Of a DNA stretch of 64,000 bases, positions 28,588 through 38,552 are shown one piece after another. The stretch lies in IMG/VR virus record IMGVR_UViG_3300017705_000602. The stretch is one strand, 5' to 3'. Made by a program: the position numbers and the translations under genes. The notes under the pieces are model-generated. The model was not told the origin of the DNA and did no database searches. It saw nothing but the letters and a program-made list of their open reading frames with translations. How positions within the stretch are numbered: position 1 is the stretch's first letter; the number at the start of each line of letters is the position of its first letter. This stretch comes from a virus (Duplodnaviria > Heunggongvirae > Uroviricota > Caudoviricetes).

Positions 28588-29625
28588 ATGAAATACATAC
28601 ACATCGATTCAATGAACATGTTTTTTAGAAGTGTGCATACGTTAAATCCAAACGCTGGTGTTGACGTAATGGCCGGCATGGCATTGCACACTATTTTTAA
28701 TTCTTTGCGAAAAGTATGGAAGCAGTTTGAAGCAGAGCATGTGGTGTTCCACACAGAAGGCCGTTCGTGGCGCAAAGACTTTTATCCCAAGTACAAGCTG
28801 AACCGCAAGGTTGCACAACTTTCCAAGACCGAAACAGAAAAAGAAAATGACGAGATTCTGTTCGAAGCGTTTAACGATTTAATCACGTTCATGCGAGAAA
28901 AAACCAACACCACTGTGTTACGGTGCCCAGTAGCAGAAGCTGACGACACAATTGCAGTGTTTATCCAGGCTCATCCAGACGACGAACACATTATCATATC
29001 GACTGACTCGGACTTTATACAGTTGCTCAAGCACGACAATGTAACCATCTACAACGGTGTTAGCGATATCATAATGACCAAAGCAGGTCTTAAAGATGCT
29101 AAAGGTCGCAACTTAGAGTTCTCAATCAAGAGCGACAGTAAACTTAAAGTTGGCAAGCCTGATCCAACGTTTGCGCCAGACGCAAACTGGTACGAGTTTG
29201 CAATGTTTTTGAAAATGATACGCGGCGACAAATCAGACAACGTGTTTTCGGCTTTTCCTGGCGCAAGACTAAAAGGTACTAAAAACAAAATTGGCATCAC
29301 AGAGGCGTTTGAAGATCGAGAGACACAAGGTTTTAACTGGAATAACTTTATGCTTCAGCGTTGGGAAGACGAAGAAGAAGTAGAGCACTTGGTAAAAGAC
29401 AAGTACGAAGAAAACTACAAGTTAATCGATTTAGAATCTCAGCCCGATGATATACGTTTAGCATGCGTTGAATCAATTGACGAACAACTCAAAGCAGATC
29501 GTGTTGAACAAGTAGGTATACACTTTATGCGATTTGCAGGCAGATGGGATCTTAAACGTATCTCCGACAGTGCAACTGAGTTTGCTAATATTCTTAACGC
29601 AAGTTATAAACCCAAGCAGGCGTAG
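28588..29625 (+). CDS. T4-type RNase H / 5'-3' flap exonuclease
   Basis: IDSMN, SWRKDFYPKYK, EADD, STDSDFIQL, GDKSDNV. Confidence 0.92.
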   Translation: MKYIHIDSMNMFFRSVHTLNPNAGVDVMAGMALHTIFNSLRKVWKQFEAEHVVFHTEGRSWRKDFYPKYKLNRKVAQLSKTETEKENDEILFEAFNDLITFMREKTNTTVLRCPVAEADDTIAVFIQAHPDDEHIIISTDSDFIQLLKHDNVTIYNGVSDIIMTKAGLKDAKGRNLEFSIKSDSKLKVGKPDPTFAPDANWYEFAMFLKMIRGDKSDNVFSAFPGARLKGTKNKIGITEAFEDRETQGFNWNNFMLQRWEDEEEVEHLVKDKYEENYKLIDLESQPDDIRLACVESIDEQLKADRVEQVGIHFMRFAGRWDLKRISDSATEFANILNASYKPKQA

Positions 29626-29631
29626 CAAACC

Positions 29632-29982
29632 GTGCATTATGTAAACTGTGTATACTGCGAAGCATACTATTCTCAAGAAGGCAATCCCTTTGAGATTAAT
29701 GATTTCGGAGAACATGTGTGCATGAGCTGTGTCGATGGCTTATTAGAAATCGAACAAACTGTTACCGACAACACAGTGTCATTTTATATAATGCATAACA
29801 GTCTTTCTGAAATGCATGAATATTTGTGCGATGAAATCGAGCACGATCTACGCAAACACAATGCAGAGTACACAAAAATTTCTCATGCAGACGACGAAAC
29901 GGAATTTATACTAAGTAAAGAACAGATAATAATGCTTGAGCTTGCTGGAGCCAGCATAGACTACCTGTTTCAAATACCATAA
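29632..29982 (+). CDS. hypothetical protein with CxxC pairs
   Basis: CVYC...CMSC. Confidence 0.6.
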   Translation: MHYVNCVYCEAYYSQEGNPFEINDFGEHVCMSCVDGLLEIEQTVTDNTVSFYIMHNSLSEMHEYLCDEIEHDLRKHNAEYTKISHADDETEFILSKEQIIMLELAGASIDYLFQIP

Positions 29983-29998
29983 TACAAAAGGAATTAAA

Positions 29999-30484
29999 AT
30001 GATCAGACTTAAAACACTTACAAAGTCATCATGGTTGGTTATAACAGACACTAATGAAAAAGTCGGTTTGTTATCTGAGCAACGCGATAAACTCAAGTTT
30101 ATTGCCAAAGCTGCCAATGCAGAGTTTAACGACCGTGAAGATGTTTCTAATTTCTTTGCGCAGGAAGATTTATTTCAAACTGCAATTGAAGTTAAAACTG
30201 ACAATGAAGAAAAGGAATACTACGTTAACGGGTATCCTGTTAAGTCAGGTTCAGCACACGAAGTAAAAGATAAGTCACTTGAAACAAGTCTTCCGATTTA
30301 TGCAAAAACAGAATCAAGCGATAGTTATTATGTTGCTGGCTACTTTTGCTTGAACTTTGACGGAATTGGGTGGACACATGCATTCTGTCCACGATATAAA
30401 ACATTAGACAAGTACGAGTGGAAAGGACCTTTCAAGACAGACGACGAAATGAAGGCCGAACTTCGTATACTGAAAGCTAAGTAA
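29999..30484 (+). CDS. hypothetical protein
   Basis: AGGA SD. Confidence 0.75.
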   Translation: MIRLKTLTKSSWLVITDTNEKVGLLSEQRDKLKFIAKAANAEFNDREDVSNFFAQEDLFQTAIEVKTDNEEKEYYVNGYPVKSGSAHEVKDKSLETSLPIYAKTESSDSYYVAGYFCLNFDGIGWTHAFCPRYKTLDKYEWKGPFKTDDEMKAELRILKAK

Positions 30485-30485
30485 A

Positions 30486-30761
30486 ATGATACAGCACAAG
30501 CGTCTTGATAATCAAGTTATGTCTGCTAAGGTTCGCGGTAAACACTCCGTTGACCTTAGCATTGCCGAAGCAGGTACACTGGTTCGAGAATATCAAAAAG
30601 TTGCTGATGAAAACAGTGTGCTTACAGAACAAGTTAAACAGCTTGAACAAGAGCTAAACGAAGCAAATGAACGCGCTCCTGCAAGCACAGACATAGTTGA
30701 GCCGGTGTCTCAGCCAGCAGTTACTGAAGTAACGGGCATATTTGACGGTGGTAAGTTTTAG
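30486..30761 (+). CDS. hypothetical coiled-coil protein
   Basis: heptad pattern; coupled. Confidence 0.7.
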   Translation: MIQHKRLDNQVMSAKVRGKHSVDLSIAEAGTLVREYQKVADENSVLTEQVKQLEQELNEANERAPASTDIVEPVSQPAVTEVTGIFDGGKF

Positions 30762-30822
30762 GTATCCATAAAAATAGTAGTTTACGATAAATATATAAAA
30801 GTATAACTATTATAGGATTATT

Positions 30823-31125
30823 ATGGCTAGACCAAAACCCGAGGTGTTAATCGAGTTCGTTGACCCTAAAACATACAAGGCTGAGCAAGTGCTCAAAGCC
30901 GATGCAATATATGCAGTGTTTTACCAAGGCGAACCGATTAACATTCGTACACTAAATAAGCTGGTAAGCTACCCAGGCCCAAAATACAAGAAATCAAGTT
31001 TTTCGGCGCCTGGGCACGCCATTAACCTGGCAGCAAGATTAAACGAACAATTTGGAACAACCGATTTTACTGTTAGGAGATTAATAGGCGGAGATGAGTA
31101 CACAGGAGAACAAGACACGCAGTAA
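30823..31125 (+). CDS. hypothetical protein
   Basis: AGGA SD, GATAAATA motif upstream. Confidence 0.75.
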   Translation: MARPKPEVLIEFVDPKTYKAEQVLKADAIYAVFYQGEPINIRTLNKLVSYPGPKYKKSSFSAPGHAINLAARLNEQFGTTDFTVRRLIGGDEYTGEQDTQ

Positions 31126-31435
31126 GGTAGTTGAATTCTTAGCAAAAGAATTTAAACTTCCAAACTCTCAAATCGAAACCAACTTCTTCAGATCCACTGA
31201 TGCAATGGGACTTACTGAGCTAGGACATCGTGTTATGTCAAAAGTCTTTAGGTTCCATCAATACAAGGTCGAAGGCCAGATGCTAGCAAAACATTATCTT
31301 GGCCTTCGGTGCTTGGACTATCCTTACTACCTCACCGAACACTGGCTGATTTTATACAACAGCGAAGATACTACCCTACTCGAACTGTATGGTTCTGCAA
31401 CTGAATTTTTAGAAGCATTTGCTGATGGCGCTTGA
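31094..31435 (+). CDS. hypothetical protein
   Basis: GGAG SD, overlap. Confidence 0.7.
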   Translation: MSTQENKTRSKVVEFLAKEFKLPNSQIETNFFRSTDAMGLTELGHRVMSKVFRFHQYKVEGQMLAKHYLGLRCLDYPYYLTEHWLILYNSEDTTLLELYGSATEFLEAFADGA

Positions 31436-31460
31436 CTTTGCTCTACTCTTTCGGTATAAT
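31432..31460 (+). promoter_or_regulatory. sigma70-type promoter
   Basis: TTGACT-17-TATAAT. Confidence 0.8.
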
Positions 31461-31494
31461 ATAGTGTATAACAAAAGTTGTAACGGAATATATT

Positions 31495-32322
31495 ATGCCA
31501 CAAGTCACCACCTGGAAACATCCTAGAAAAAAGTACTACACTGAAAACAAATATCGGTACCTTAGAAATCTCAAAAAGGATGCCTACAAAAATCTACGTA
31601 GGAAAAGACTGCCTTTATTAAAAGCAGAGTTTCAGGCTAGATATGCGATCGAGCGTCCGATTACCAGCTTTGTTCAGTACATTGTATTTCTCAAAGAAAA
31701 TCTGAATCTGCTAGAAAAAATATTAGCATACGAAGACAATCGCACAGAAAAGCCTTCGCTTTGTATATTAAAAGATTTTCTATTTCAAATTAAAGGTTTA
31801 TGTCTCCATACTGACAGTAAACAATCACCTGCGCATGTTTCAATTGATGGTACCGATTCGGTTTGGTCATTTAGCTTACCGTTTTTGTTTACTGCTCATT
31901 CCTATCTTACTAATCATGTAAGAGACCGCTCAGGGCTAGTATTATATCCGTATCACAGAAATTTTAAATTTTCTGATCTGCCACAGCTGATCAAAGACGA
32001 CATAACCGAAGCAGAACAGCAAGTGATATTGAACAGACTATCTGACGACGGCATGCAGTATATGCCGACTACATGGAAAGTTAACAATGAACTTTTTTTA
32101 AGCTATGTTCTACTAATAATCGACCATGTGTTTGAACACAAGCCGATAACACAAGACACCATTGGCAAAGAAGTTGTGCTGTGCTTTACTGACGGCAAAG
32201 ACAACCATTGCTTTGGATTCGGAGTAGTGATCGGGTTTAACAGCACTGAGGTAAGCGTATACGTTGAGGCACTGTTACTAGTGGTAACAGTGAATAAAAA
32301 TGCAATTAAAAACATCCTTTAA
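31495..32322 (+). CDS. hypothetical protein
   Basis: 275 aa; N-terminus resembles the 32482 ORF. Confidence 0.7.
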   Translation: MPQVTTWKHPRKKYYTENKYRYLRNLKKDAYKNLRRKRLPLLKAEFQARYAIERPITSFVQYIVFLKENLNLLEKILAYEDNRTEKPSLCILKDFLFQIKGLCLHTDSKQSPAHVSIDGTDSVWSFSLPFLFTAHSYLTNHVRDRSGLVLYPYHRNFKFSDLPQLIKDDITEAEQQVILNRLSDDGMQYMPTTWKVNNELFLSYVLLIIDHVFEHKPITQDTIGKEVVLCFTDGKDNHCFGFGVVIGFNSTEVSVYVEALLLVVTVNKNAIKNIL

Positions 32323-32479
32323 GATACTGATAGCAACTATAATTGTTTTTGCTATTGTAACTGTTTATGCAGTATTTCAAGTTATACACATGCAACAAAA
32401 CAACAGGCAGCTTCAAGAAAGGCTGGAAGCAATGATGCAGCCAATTTCTGAAGTTGAAACTTGTAATCAAGAAGAATAA
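32300..32479 (+). CDS. small membrane protein (59 aa, not in ORF track)
   Basis: MQLKTSFKILIATIIVFAIVTVYAVF... fills the gap between ORFs. Confidence 0.6.
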   Translation: MQLKTSFKILIATIIVFAIVTVYAVFQVIHMQQNNRQLQERLEAMMQPISEVETCNQEE

Positions 32480-32481
32480 TT

Positions 32482-33135
32482 ATGCCACTAGTAACAGTTT
32501 ACGAACATGCTCGCTATAACGATACTTACTATACGCTTGATCAAAAAAATATGTACATTGACGATCTAAAGCACGAAGCATTAAGCAACAAGAGAAGAAA
32601 ATTTGCTAATGATTGTTTACCGGCACTGCGAGAAAGAAATGACAACCGTGTTACCAGCATAGCCGATGTTGTGTACTTGCTGAACGAAAACCCCAAAAAC
32701 ACATTTAGGTCGTTTGCATTAAACACAAGTGATAACCGAATAATCACAGGGTGGAGACAAACTGATTTTACTCAATGGTTACAGGTATGCAACTACATAC
32801 ATTCAGTATCTGTTAGCAATTACGGATCTGATCATCAATGGGCGACGTTTGTGGTTCCGATTCACGACTCTGGATTCCTCGAGTATTTCTGTGGGCACCG
32901 AGTTGAGTCTCAAATAGTAGGACTACTAACCGATGTCTCAATACTGTCTCACAATTTCCTAGAACACGGCACATACTTCTTGGAAATTTGCACAGAGAAC
33001 AAATTTCTTGTTGACCAAGCAGTAGAGATTGTTGCATACTTAAACACATACAGAGAAATACAAGGTCTTGAATTATGCACAGACTTTGATAACGAGGATT
33101 TAGCCGAAGCGTATGGAAAAGTCAGAATTTATTAA
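32482..33135 (+). CDS. hypothetical protein
   Basis: 217 aa. Confidence 0.7.
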   Translation: MPLVTVYEHARYNDTYYTLDQKNMYIDDLKHEALSNKRRKFANDCLPALRERNDNRVTSIADVVYLLNENPKNTFRSFALNTSDNRIITGWRQTDFTQWLQVCNYIHSVSVSNYGSDHQWATFVVPIHDSGFLEYFCGHRVESQIVGLLTDVSILSHNFLEHGTYFLEICTENKFLVDQAVEIVAYLNTYREIQGLELCTDFDNEDLAEAYGKVRIY

Positions 33136-33337
33136 AAGCATTGAACAAGCCGGTGTCAAAACTGTACTAAAAGAAACTACACCCAATTGCTACCCGGGCA
33201 GACTGTATGCTAAAAACAGCATTGGCTTGGTTGGTTATTGGTCGCCTGGTACAGGATATCAAATCTTTAATGCTCCTCTCAAACGTTTCGACACCAACAA
33301 AAGAACGTTTGACAAAATCAAGATCAAGGATTTATAA
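33113..33337 (+). CDS. hypothetical protein
   Basis: overlapping ORF. Confidence 0.65.
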   Translation: MEKSEFIKSIEQAGVKTVLKETTPNCYPGRLYAKNSIGLVGYWSPGTGYQIFNAPLKRFDTNKRTFDKIKIKDL

Positions 33338-33339
33338 CC

Positions 33340-33933
33340 ATGACTGTAACATCTAGATCGATTGGTGATATGAAGAAACGTATGCAACAGGACGCAAAAG
33401 AATCGCGCTTTGTTCAGGAGAAATTACCGGATATCAAAGCACATGATAACTTTATAGCCGAACGTGACGACATATACAATATGACACTGTCTGAGTTCCT
33501 CGAATGGTTTGACACCAATGCATTACATTTGTTTAAGTCTGCATCGTACAGCAGAATTAAAAATCACAGCTTGTATACTTTTAGAGCTTATGTTGCAGAA
33601 CGAAAAGCACTAAAATTGCAACTTGCCTCCAGCAAGACCAAGGTTGCACTGGTAAGAAGAAATTCCAAGTTAAGAACAAGCTTTACTGTTATTGATGGTC
33701 CGTTAACCATGTTCAACAGTACTACGTTACTAAACAATTCATTAACTATACAACACATGCCGCATGCACTTGACAAGGATCTAAGATTCTGTGTACAGTT
33801 TAGCGGTAAGTTCACCAAAATCGCCGACGAGTTCTGCGAGGACATCAAAAGCGAAGCCGTATACAGAACATTGCAAAATGTTCGCTCGACTGCCATTTAC
33901 CACAAGAAGGTAGACACCGTATTAACTTATTAA
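33340..33933 (+). CDS. hypothetical protein
   Basis: AAGGA SD. Confidence 0.7.
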   Translation: MTVTSRSIGDMKKRMQQDAKESRFVQEKLPDIKAHDNFIAERDDIYNMTLSEFLEWFDTNALHLFKSASYSRIKNHSLYTFRAYVAERKALKLQLASSKTKVALVRRNSKLRTSFTVIDGPLTMFNSTTLLNNSLTIQHMPHALDKDLRFCVQFSGKFTKIADEFCEDIKSEAVYRTLQNVRSTAIYHKKVDTVLTY

Positions 33934-33954
33934 TGAAAAAATTATTATTATTGG

Positions 33955-33982
33955 TTGACGTATTATCTACGCTTGCTATACT
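33955..33982 (+). promoter_or_regulatory. sigma70-type promoter
   Basis: TTGACG-16-TATACT, TGn. Confidence 0.7.
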
Positions 33983-34030
33983 AAATGAGCTTTCACACTA
34001 TAACTAAGTAAATAAACAAGGAGAGATGTC

Positions 34031-35293
34031 ATGTCTCAAGATTTAACAACAGTAGGTGCGGATCGTGCGCAACGATTAATCCGTGTATGTATGAGCAAGA
34101 AACGCCCGGTCTTCCTTTGGGGTCCTCCTGGCATTGGTAAATCAGAACTAGTCGAGCAAATCGGCAAGCAAGAAAAACGTCCTGTAATTGACATGCGTAT
34201 GTTATTGCTTGACCCAACTGACGTAAAAGGTATTCCGTACTACAACGTTTCGAAAAATACAATGGAATGGGCGCCTCCTGGTGAACTACCTGTTGTTACT
34301 ACCGACAACGATGTTAAAACTGCAACTGAATACTTCGACAACCTAAAGTCTCGTTTCGAAGAAAACAGTTTAGACGTTGATAGCTTAACTGCTGAGCGTG
34401 CTATTTCAAATGCCGAAGAGAACTTAAAACAACTTGAAGCCGCGTTTGGCTTACAAAATGCAATTTTGTTTTTGGACGAACTGGTTGCGGCGCCACCAAG
34501 TGTACAGGCAGCGGCATATCAGCTGATCCTGAATCGTCGTGTTGGTCAGTATCAATTGCCAGAAGGCATTGACATGATTGCCGCAGGTAACCGCGAAACA
34601 GATAAAGCGGTAAGCTATAAAATGCCTACTCCGCTTGCTAACCGCTTTATTCACTTAGAGATGGAAGCAGACTTTGATTCATGGCAACGTTGGGCAATTA
34701 ACAACAATGTTCACCCGGACGTTGTAGGTTACTTGTCAGACAAAAAACAAGACTTGATGTCTTTCGATCCTAAGAATGCAGGCAAGGCATTTGCTACTCC
34801 GCGTTCATGGGTGTTTGTAAGCGACTTGCTGTTTGCACAGCGCGAGTTCAACCTTGACAACACTGATTTAGGTATCTTGATTGAAGGTACAATTGGTCCA
34901 GGTACCAAGATTGAATTCATGAACCACTTGAAGTACTCTGCTCGTTTACCGCGTGTTGAAGATGTACTTGCAGGTAAGGTTAAGAAACTTGACCGCGAAG
35001 TTGCTAGCGAGATTTCAGCTCACTACGCCTTAACGGTAGCAATGTGTTATGAGTTGCAACGCCATTACAAACTTGCCGAAGACACCAGCGACGAAGAACA
35101 TGATTCTAAGTCACTGCACGAAGCGGCAGATTACTACTTCGAGTTCATCATGGAGAACTTTAAGCAAGAAATGTGTGTACTTGGTGCGCAGACACTGTTA
35201 CGCGAGTACGGAGTTAAGTTTAAGCCAGGTAAAATGAAGAACTTTAGCAAGTTCCACGACAAGTTTGGCGAGTACATCATCGACAACGACTAG
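34031..35293 (+). CDS. MoxR-family AAA+ ATPase
   Basis: WGPPGIGKS, LFLDEL, AAGNR, LANRF, TPRSW. Confidence 0.9.
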   Translation: MSQDLTTVGADRAQRLIRVCMSKKRPVFLWGPPGIGKSELVEQIGKQEKRPVIDMRMLLLDPTDVKGIPYYNVSKNTMEWAPPGELPVVTTDNDVKTATEYFDNLKSRFEENSLDVDSLTAERAISNAEENLKQLEAAFGLQNAILFLDELVAAPPSVQAAAYQLILNRRVGQYQLPEGIDMIAAGNRETDKAVSYKMPTPLANRFIHLEMEADFDSWQRWAINNNVHPDVVGYLSDKKQDLMSFDPKNAGKAFATPRSWVFVSDLLFAQREFNLDNTDLGILIEGTIGPGTKIEFMNHLKYSARLPRVEDVLAGKVKKLDREVASEISAHYALTVAMCYELQRHYKLAEDTSDEEHDSKSLHEAADYYFEFIMENFKQEMCVLGAQTLLREYGVKFKPGKMKNFSKFHDKFGEYIIDND

Positions 35294-35309
35294 TTGTTGT
35301 GTGAAGCTA

Positions 35310-35331
35310 GGTAGCGTCTTCGGGCGCTACC
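35310..35331 (+). terminator. hairpin/terminator
   Basis: GGTAGCGTC-TTCG-GGCGCTACC. Confidence 0.6.
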
Positions 35332-35359
35332 GTCCCACACTTTCCCCGTTATCTTTCAG

Positions 35360-35388
35360 TTGACCTTGTGTATCTTTTGTTGTATAAT
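35360..35388 (+). promoter_or_regulatory. sigma70-type promoter
   Basis: TTGACC-17-TATAAT. Confidence 0.8.
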
Positions 35389-35417
35389 ACATAAAACTTG
35401 CACTCAAGGAGTAAGAC

Positions 35418-36668
35418 ATGTCTATTAATCAAGACGCCCTAAAGAAGCTACGCAAAGCTAGAACAAAGATGTTACTGCGTTTACCGTTTTTCGGTAAGCT
35501 TGCAACACATCTTAAACTAGTTGAAGCCGATTGGATTCCCACTATTGGTACCGATTCGGTTCGCGTTTACTACAACCCAGAATTCATTAACGCACTTTCC
35601 AAAGACGAAATTGTATTTGTGCTAGCTCACAACGTTATGCACTGTGTTTACAATCATCACGGTCGACGTTCAGGTCGAGATAAAAAGACTTGGGACTCTG
35701 CGTGTGACTACGTTACAAACAACGAACTGATCGATTTGCGCGTTGGTAAAATGCCCAACTTGATCAAGGTACTGCACGACAAAAAATACACTGACATGAC
35801 TGCGGAAGAAGTGTATAACGACTTAATGCAACAGCAACAACAGCAACAAGGCGATGGCAGCGGCGATGGCAGCGGCGATGGCGATGGCAGCGGTTCTGCT
35901 CCTGGATCTTTCGACGAGCACTTTGAGCCTAACAAAGGTGACAAAGACGCTAACGAACAAGGTTCAGAAGAAGAAGATGGTGCCAAGTCGGACGGTCAGG
36001 TTATTATGACTGACCCGGACTATAACGAAGCGCAAGAACAATTCAAGCAAGCTGTGTTGGCAGCGGCCAAGTCTGCAAAAGATGCAGGCGAAGTACCGGC
36101 AGGCATACGCAGAATGATCAAAGAGCTTACTAATCCTAAAATGGATTGGCGTGAGCTGTTAGCGGCACAAATCAAATCTTGTGTTCCTAGCGATTACATG
36201 TGGGAGCGAGGCAATCGTAAAACACGTTCGTTAGGCATACACATGCCTGACATGGATCGCGAGGATCGTGTCGAAGTTTGTGTTGCAATTGATACGTCGG
36301 GTTCGATTAGCGAAAAAATGTTACGTGATTTCTTAAGCGAAATTCAAGGCATCATGGAACAGTTTACCGACTTCGAAATACAAATTTGGACTTTTGACAC
36401 CAAAGTGTACAATAGACAAGTGTTTGGACCTTCGAACATTGATGATCTTGTCGAGTATGATCTGCAAGGTGGTGGCGGTACTGACTTTGACGTTAACTGG
36501 ACGTTCATGAAACATGAAGAGATTGAACCGAATCGATTCATTATGATGACAGATGGTTACCCATGGAATAGCTGGGGCGACGAAGACTACTGCGATACAA
36601 TCTTTTTGATACACGGCAACGATTCGATCATTGCACCATTCGGAATAACTTGTTATTACGAAGAATAA
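35418..36668 (+). CDS. metallopeptidase-like + vWA domain protein (DUF2201-type MoxR partner)
   Basis: HNVMH (HExxH position), DTSGS MIDAS, GGGTDF, MTDGY. Confidence 0.88.
   Translation: MSINQDALKKLRKARTKMLLRLPFFGKLATHLKLVEADWIPTIGTDSVRVYYNPEFINALSKDEIVFVLAHNVMHCVYNHHGRRSGRDKKTWDSACDYVTNNELIDLRVGKMPNLIKVLHDKKYTDMTAEEVYNDLMQQQQQQQGDGSGDGSGDGDGSGSAPGSFDEHFEPNKGDKDANEQGSEEEDGAKSDGQVIMTDPDYNEAQEQFKQAVLAAAKSAKDAGEVPAGIRRMIKELTNPKMDWRELLAAQIKSCVPSDYMWERGNRKTRSLGIHMPDMDREDRVEVCVAIDTSGSISEKMLRDFLSEIQGIMEQFTDFEIQIWTFDTKVYNRQVFGPSNIDDLVEYDLQGGGGTDFDVNWTFMKHEEIEPNRFIMMTDGYPWNSWGDEDYCDTIFLIHGNDSIIAPFGITCYYEE
35829..35893 (+). repeat. coding low-complexity repeat (poly-Gln then GDGS)
   Basis: CAA/CAG run followed by GGCGATGGCAGC tandem units. 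Confidence 0.8.
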
Positions 36669-36695
36669 TGTAGAGATGGCACAGTTGCTCTAACT

Positions 36696-36998
36696 GTGCC
36701 ATTAAGTACCGTGATAAATAATAGTATGATGTCACAGCATGCTATTACAAATATCACAGTTGGATATAAATTTTTAAACAAGAACAATAATTACAACCTA
36801 GTTGATCTTATTTTTCGAGATTGGATATACAATCATTGCTCAGCTTCAGTTGATCATAAAAGAAAAGAGATTACTTTACCCGAAGACGAGTATGTTTGGT
36901 TAATTATTGCATATCCAACTAGCACCCTGTCAAAGTATGTTTCAATTGAATTTGACAGCTTTAAGAAAGAGTTCCAGGATGGATACATTAATACTTAA
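36696..36998 (+). CDS. hypothetical protein
   Basis: ORF; real start probably ATG near 36726. Confidence 0.55.
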   Translation: MPLSTVINNSMMSQHAITNITVGYKFLNKNNNYNLVDLIFRDWIYNHCSASVDHKRKEITLPEDEYVWLIIAYPTSTLSKYVSIEFDSFKKEFQDGYINT

Positions 36999-37578
36999 CA
37001 AGGACGGGTCACCACTATCTATGTTGCCGCTATCGGTTGTTAGCTGGAAAGTAGCAATTAGACTTGTCACGCTAGAAAAAGTAATTGTCTTAAAAGATCA
37101 CGACGATTGGGTTGTAAGAAGCCCGCATGCGGAGTGGCCTGTTCCTTCAGTTGTATTAACAACAGAATATGTGAAATGGAGCAAGCAGGTCAAATATAAT
37201 CGCAATAACGTCTTCCTAAGAGATAACTACACATGTCAATACTGCAATACTCAAATGAATAAAATCAATTTGACTATTGACCATGTGCTTCCAAGAAGCT
37301 TAGGCGGTGGTACATCATGGGAAAACGTTACAACAGCTTGCATGAAGTGTAACTCAGCTAAAGGAAACAATAAGAAAATTGTTCCTAAAGTAAAGCCACG
37401 CAAGCCTACTTACTACGAGCTTATCGCAAAGGAACAAGACAAGCTGTTAACAGTAAGAGATCTTAGTTGGTTGAATTATGTTTCATGGCCAGCCAAGAAT
37501 GTTATATATAAACCACACAAAACAAAACGGAGTTTAAATGACACAAGAACAGAAAAGCGAAGCGTCAGCGCAAACTGA
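36979..37578 (+). CDS. HNH endonuclease (McrA-like, Zn-bound)
   Basis: RDNYTCQYC, TIDHVLPRSLGG, WENVTTACMKCNSAKG. Confidence 0.92.
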   Translation: MDTLILNKDGSPLSMLPLSVVSWKVAIRLVTLEKVIVLKDHDDWVVRSPHAEWPVPSVVLTTEYVKWSKQVKYNRNNVFLRDNYTCQYCNTQMNKINLTIDHVLPRSLGGGTSWENVTTACMKCNSAKGNNKKIVPKVKPRKPTYYELIAKEQDKLLTVRDLSWLNYVSWPAKNVIYKPHKTKRSLNDTRTEKRSVSAN

Positions 37579-37801
37579 ACAAATGCAAACTGGAATTGAA
37601 TTTAGCGATTTAGTTTTAGCACGCAATATTATTCAAGTTGCTAGCCAGCGCGGGGCATTTACTGATCCTAAAGAGTTTCAGGAAATTGGCAAACTTTTCC
37701 AAAAGCTTGACACTTTTGTTAAAGCAGTTGAAGCTCAACACAACAAAGAAACGGCCAAGGAAGACGCAGAAGCTCCAGCCACCGAAGAATCGGCAGAATA
37801 A
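37538..37801 (+). CDS. hypothetical protein
   Basis: GGAG SD. Confidence 0.75.
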   Translation: MTQEQKSEASAQTEQMQTGIEFSDLVLARNIIQVASQRGAFTDPKEFQEIGKLFQKLDTFVKAVEAQHNKETAKEDAEAPATEESAE

Positions 37802-37812
37802 AGGAATAGTGT

Positions 37813-38508
37813 ATGAAGAAGCATTTAGGCATTGTTAAGAATACAGGTGTAAGAATTGCAGTTGTATTCCGCGAAATGCCAGACGACCCTGAGAACTGCT
37901 TGGTTGCAGAAATTGATCGTATGCCTGATAAGTATCACGATGCAATGTACGAAATTATCAATTCGTCGGCTGCTCAGAAAGTAAACGACTTGTACACAAT
38001 TTTGCACAAGCGAAACTTTCCAGACGGAAACAATGCGCTTACTGGGTTACATTCAAATAACCTTATGCGCAAAGTGCCAGTAGACGATGTTGAAATGGTT
38101 GTTCGGCCAAACACAAACATTCCGCTACGCATGATCAACGACCAGCTTCGTGAAAATGCGCCGAAGGAAGAAATTAATCCGCTACCGGAAGCTAAAGACG
38201 AAAAGCTTGATCCAAAAGATGAAGCTCGTCGGTTAATGGTAAAAGCTGAGTTGATCCAACAAGAAGCCGAAGAGCTTTTGGAACGTGCAAAAGAACTTGC
38301 GCCAACACTGTTTACCAAAGAGCGTGGACGTCCTAAAAAGACCGAAGCCGAAAAAGCAAAAGCAAAAGCCGATGAAAAAGTTAAGCGTAAAGACCGCGAC
38401 GAAACAAAGAGATCTGCCACACAAGAAGCAGACCTTAATCGTCGTGTTGCTGAAAAGCTTCAACGAGATGCATCAGCTGATGTTAACAAGCCTAACGAGC
38501 TTGCATAA
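37813..38508 (+). CDS. hypothetical protein with AT-hook-like RGRP
   Basis: AAGGA SD; ERGRPKK. Confidence 0.75.
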   Translation: MKKHLGIVKNTGVRIAVVFREMPDDPENCLVAEIDRMPDKYHDAMYEIINSSAAQKVNDLYTILHKRNFPDGNNALTGLHSNNLMRKVPVDDVEMVVRPNTNIPLRMINDQLRENAPKEEINPLPEAKDEKLDPKDEARRLMVKAELIQQEAEELLERAKELAPTLFTKERGRPKKTEAEKAKAKADEKVKRKDRDETKRSATQEADLNRRVAEKLQRDASADVNKPNELA

Positions 38509-38523
38509 CTGTTTAGCAACCAC

Positions 38524-38552
38524 AAAAAAAGCGCCTTTTTTGGCGCTTTTTT
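38524..38552. terminator. bidirectional intrinsic terminator
   Basis: AAAAAAAGCGCC-T7-GGCGCTTTTTTT between convergent operons. Confidence 0.9.

Noticed and set aside
35829-35893. Possible CRISPR or mobile repeat
   Set aside because: In-frame low-complexity linker without spacers; no CRISPR array was seen anywhere in the window.
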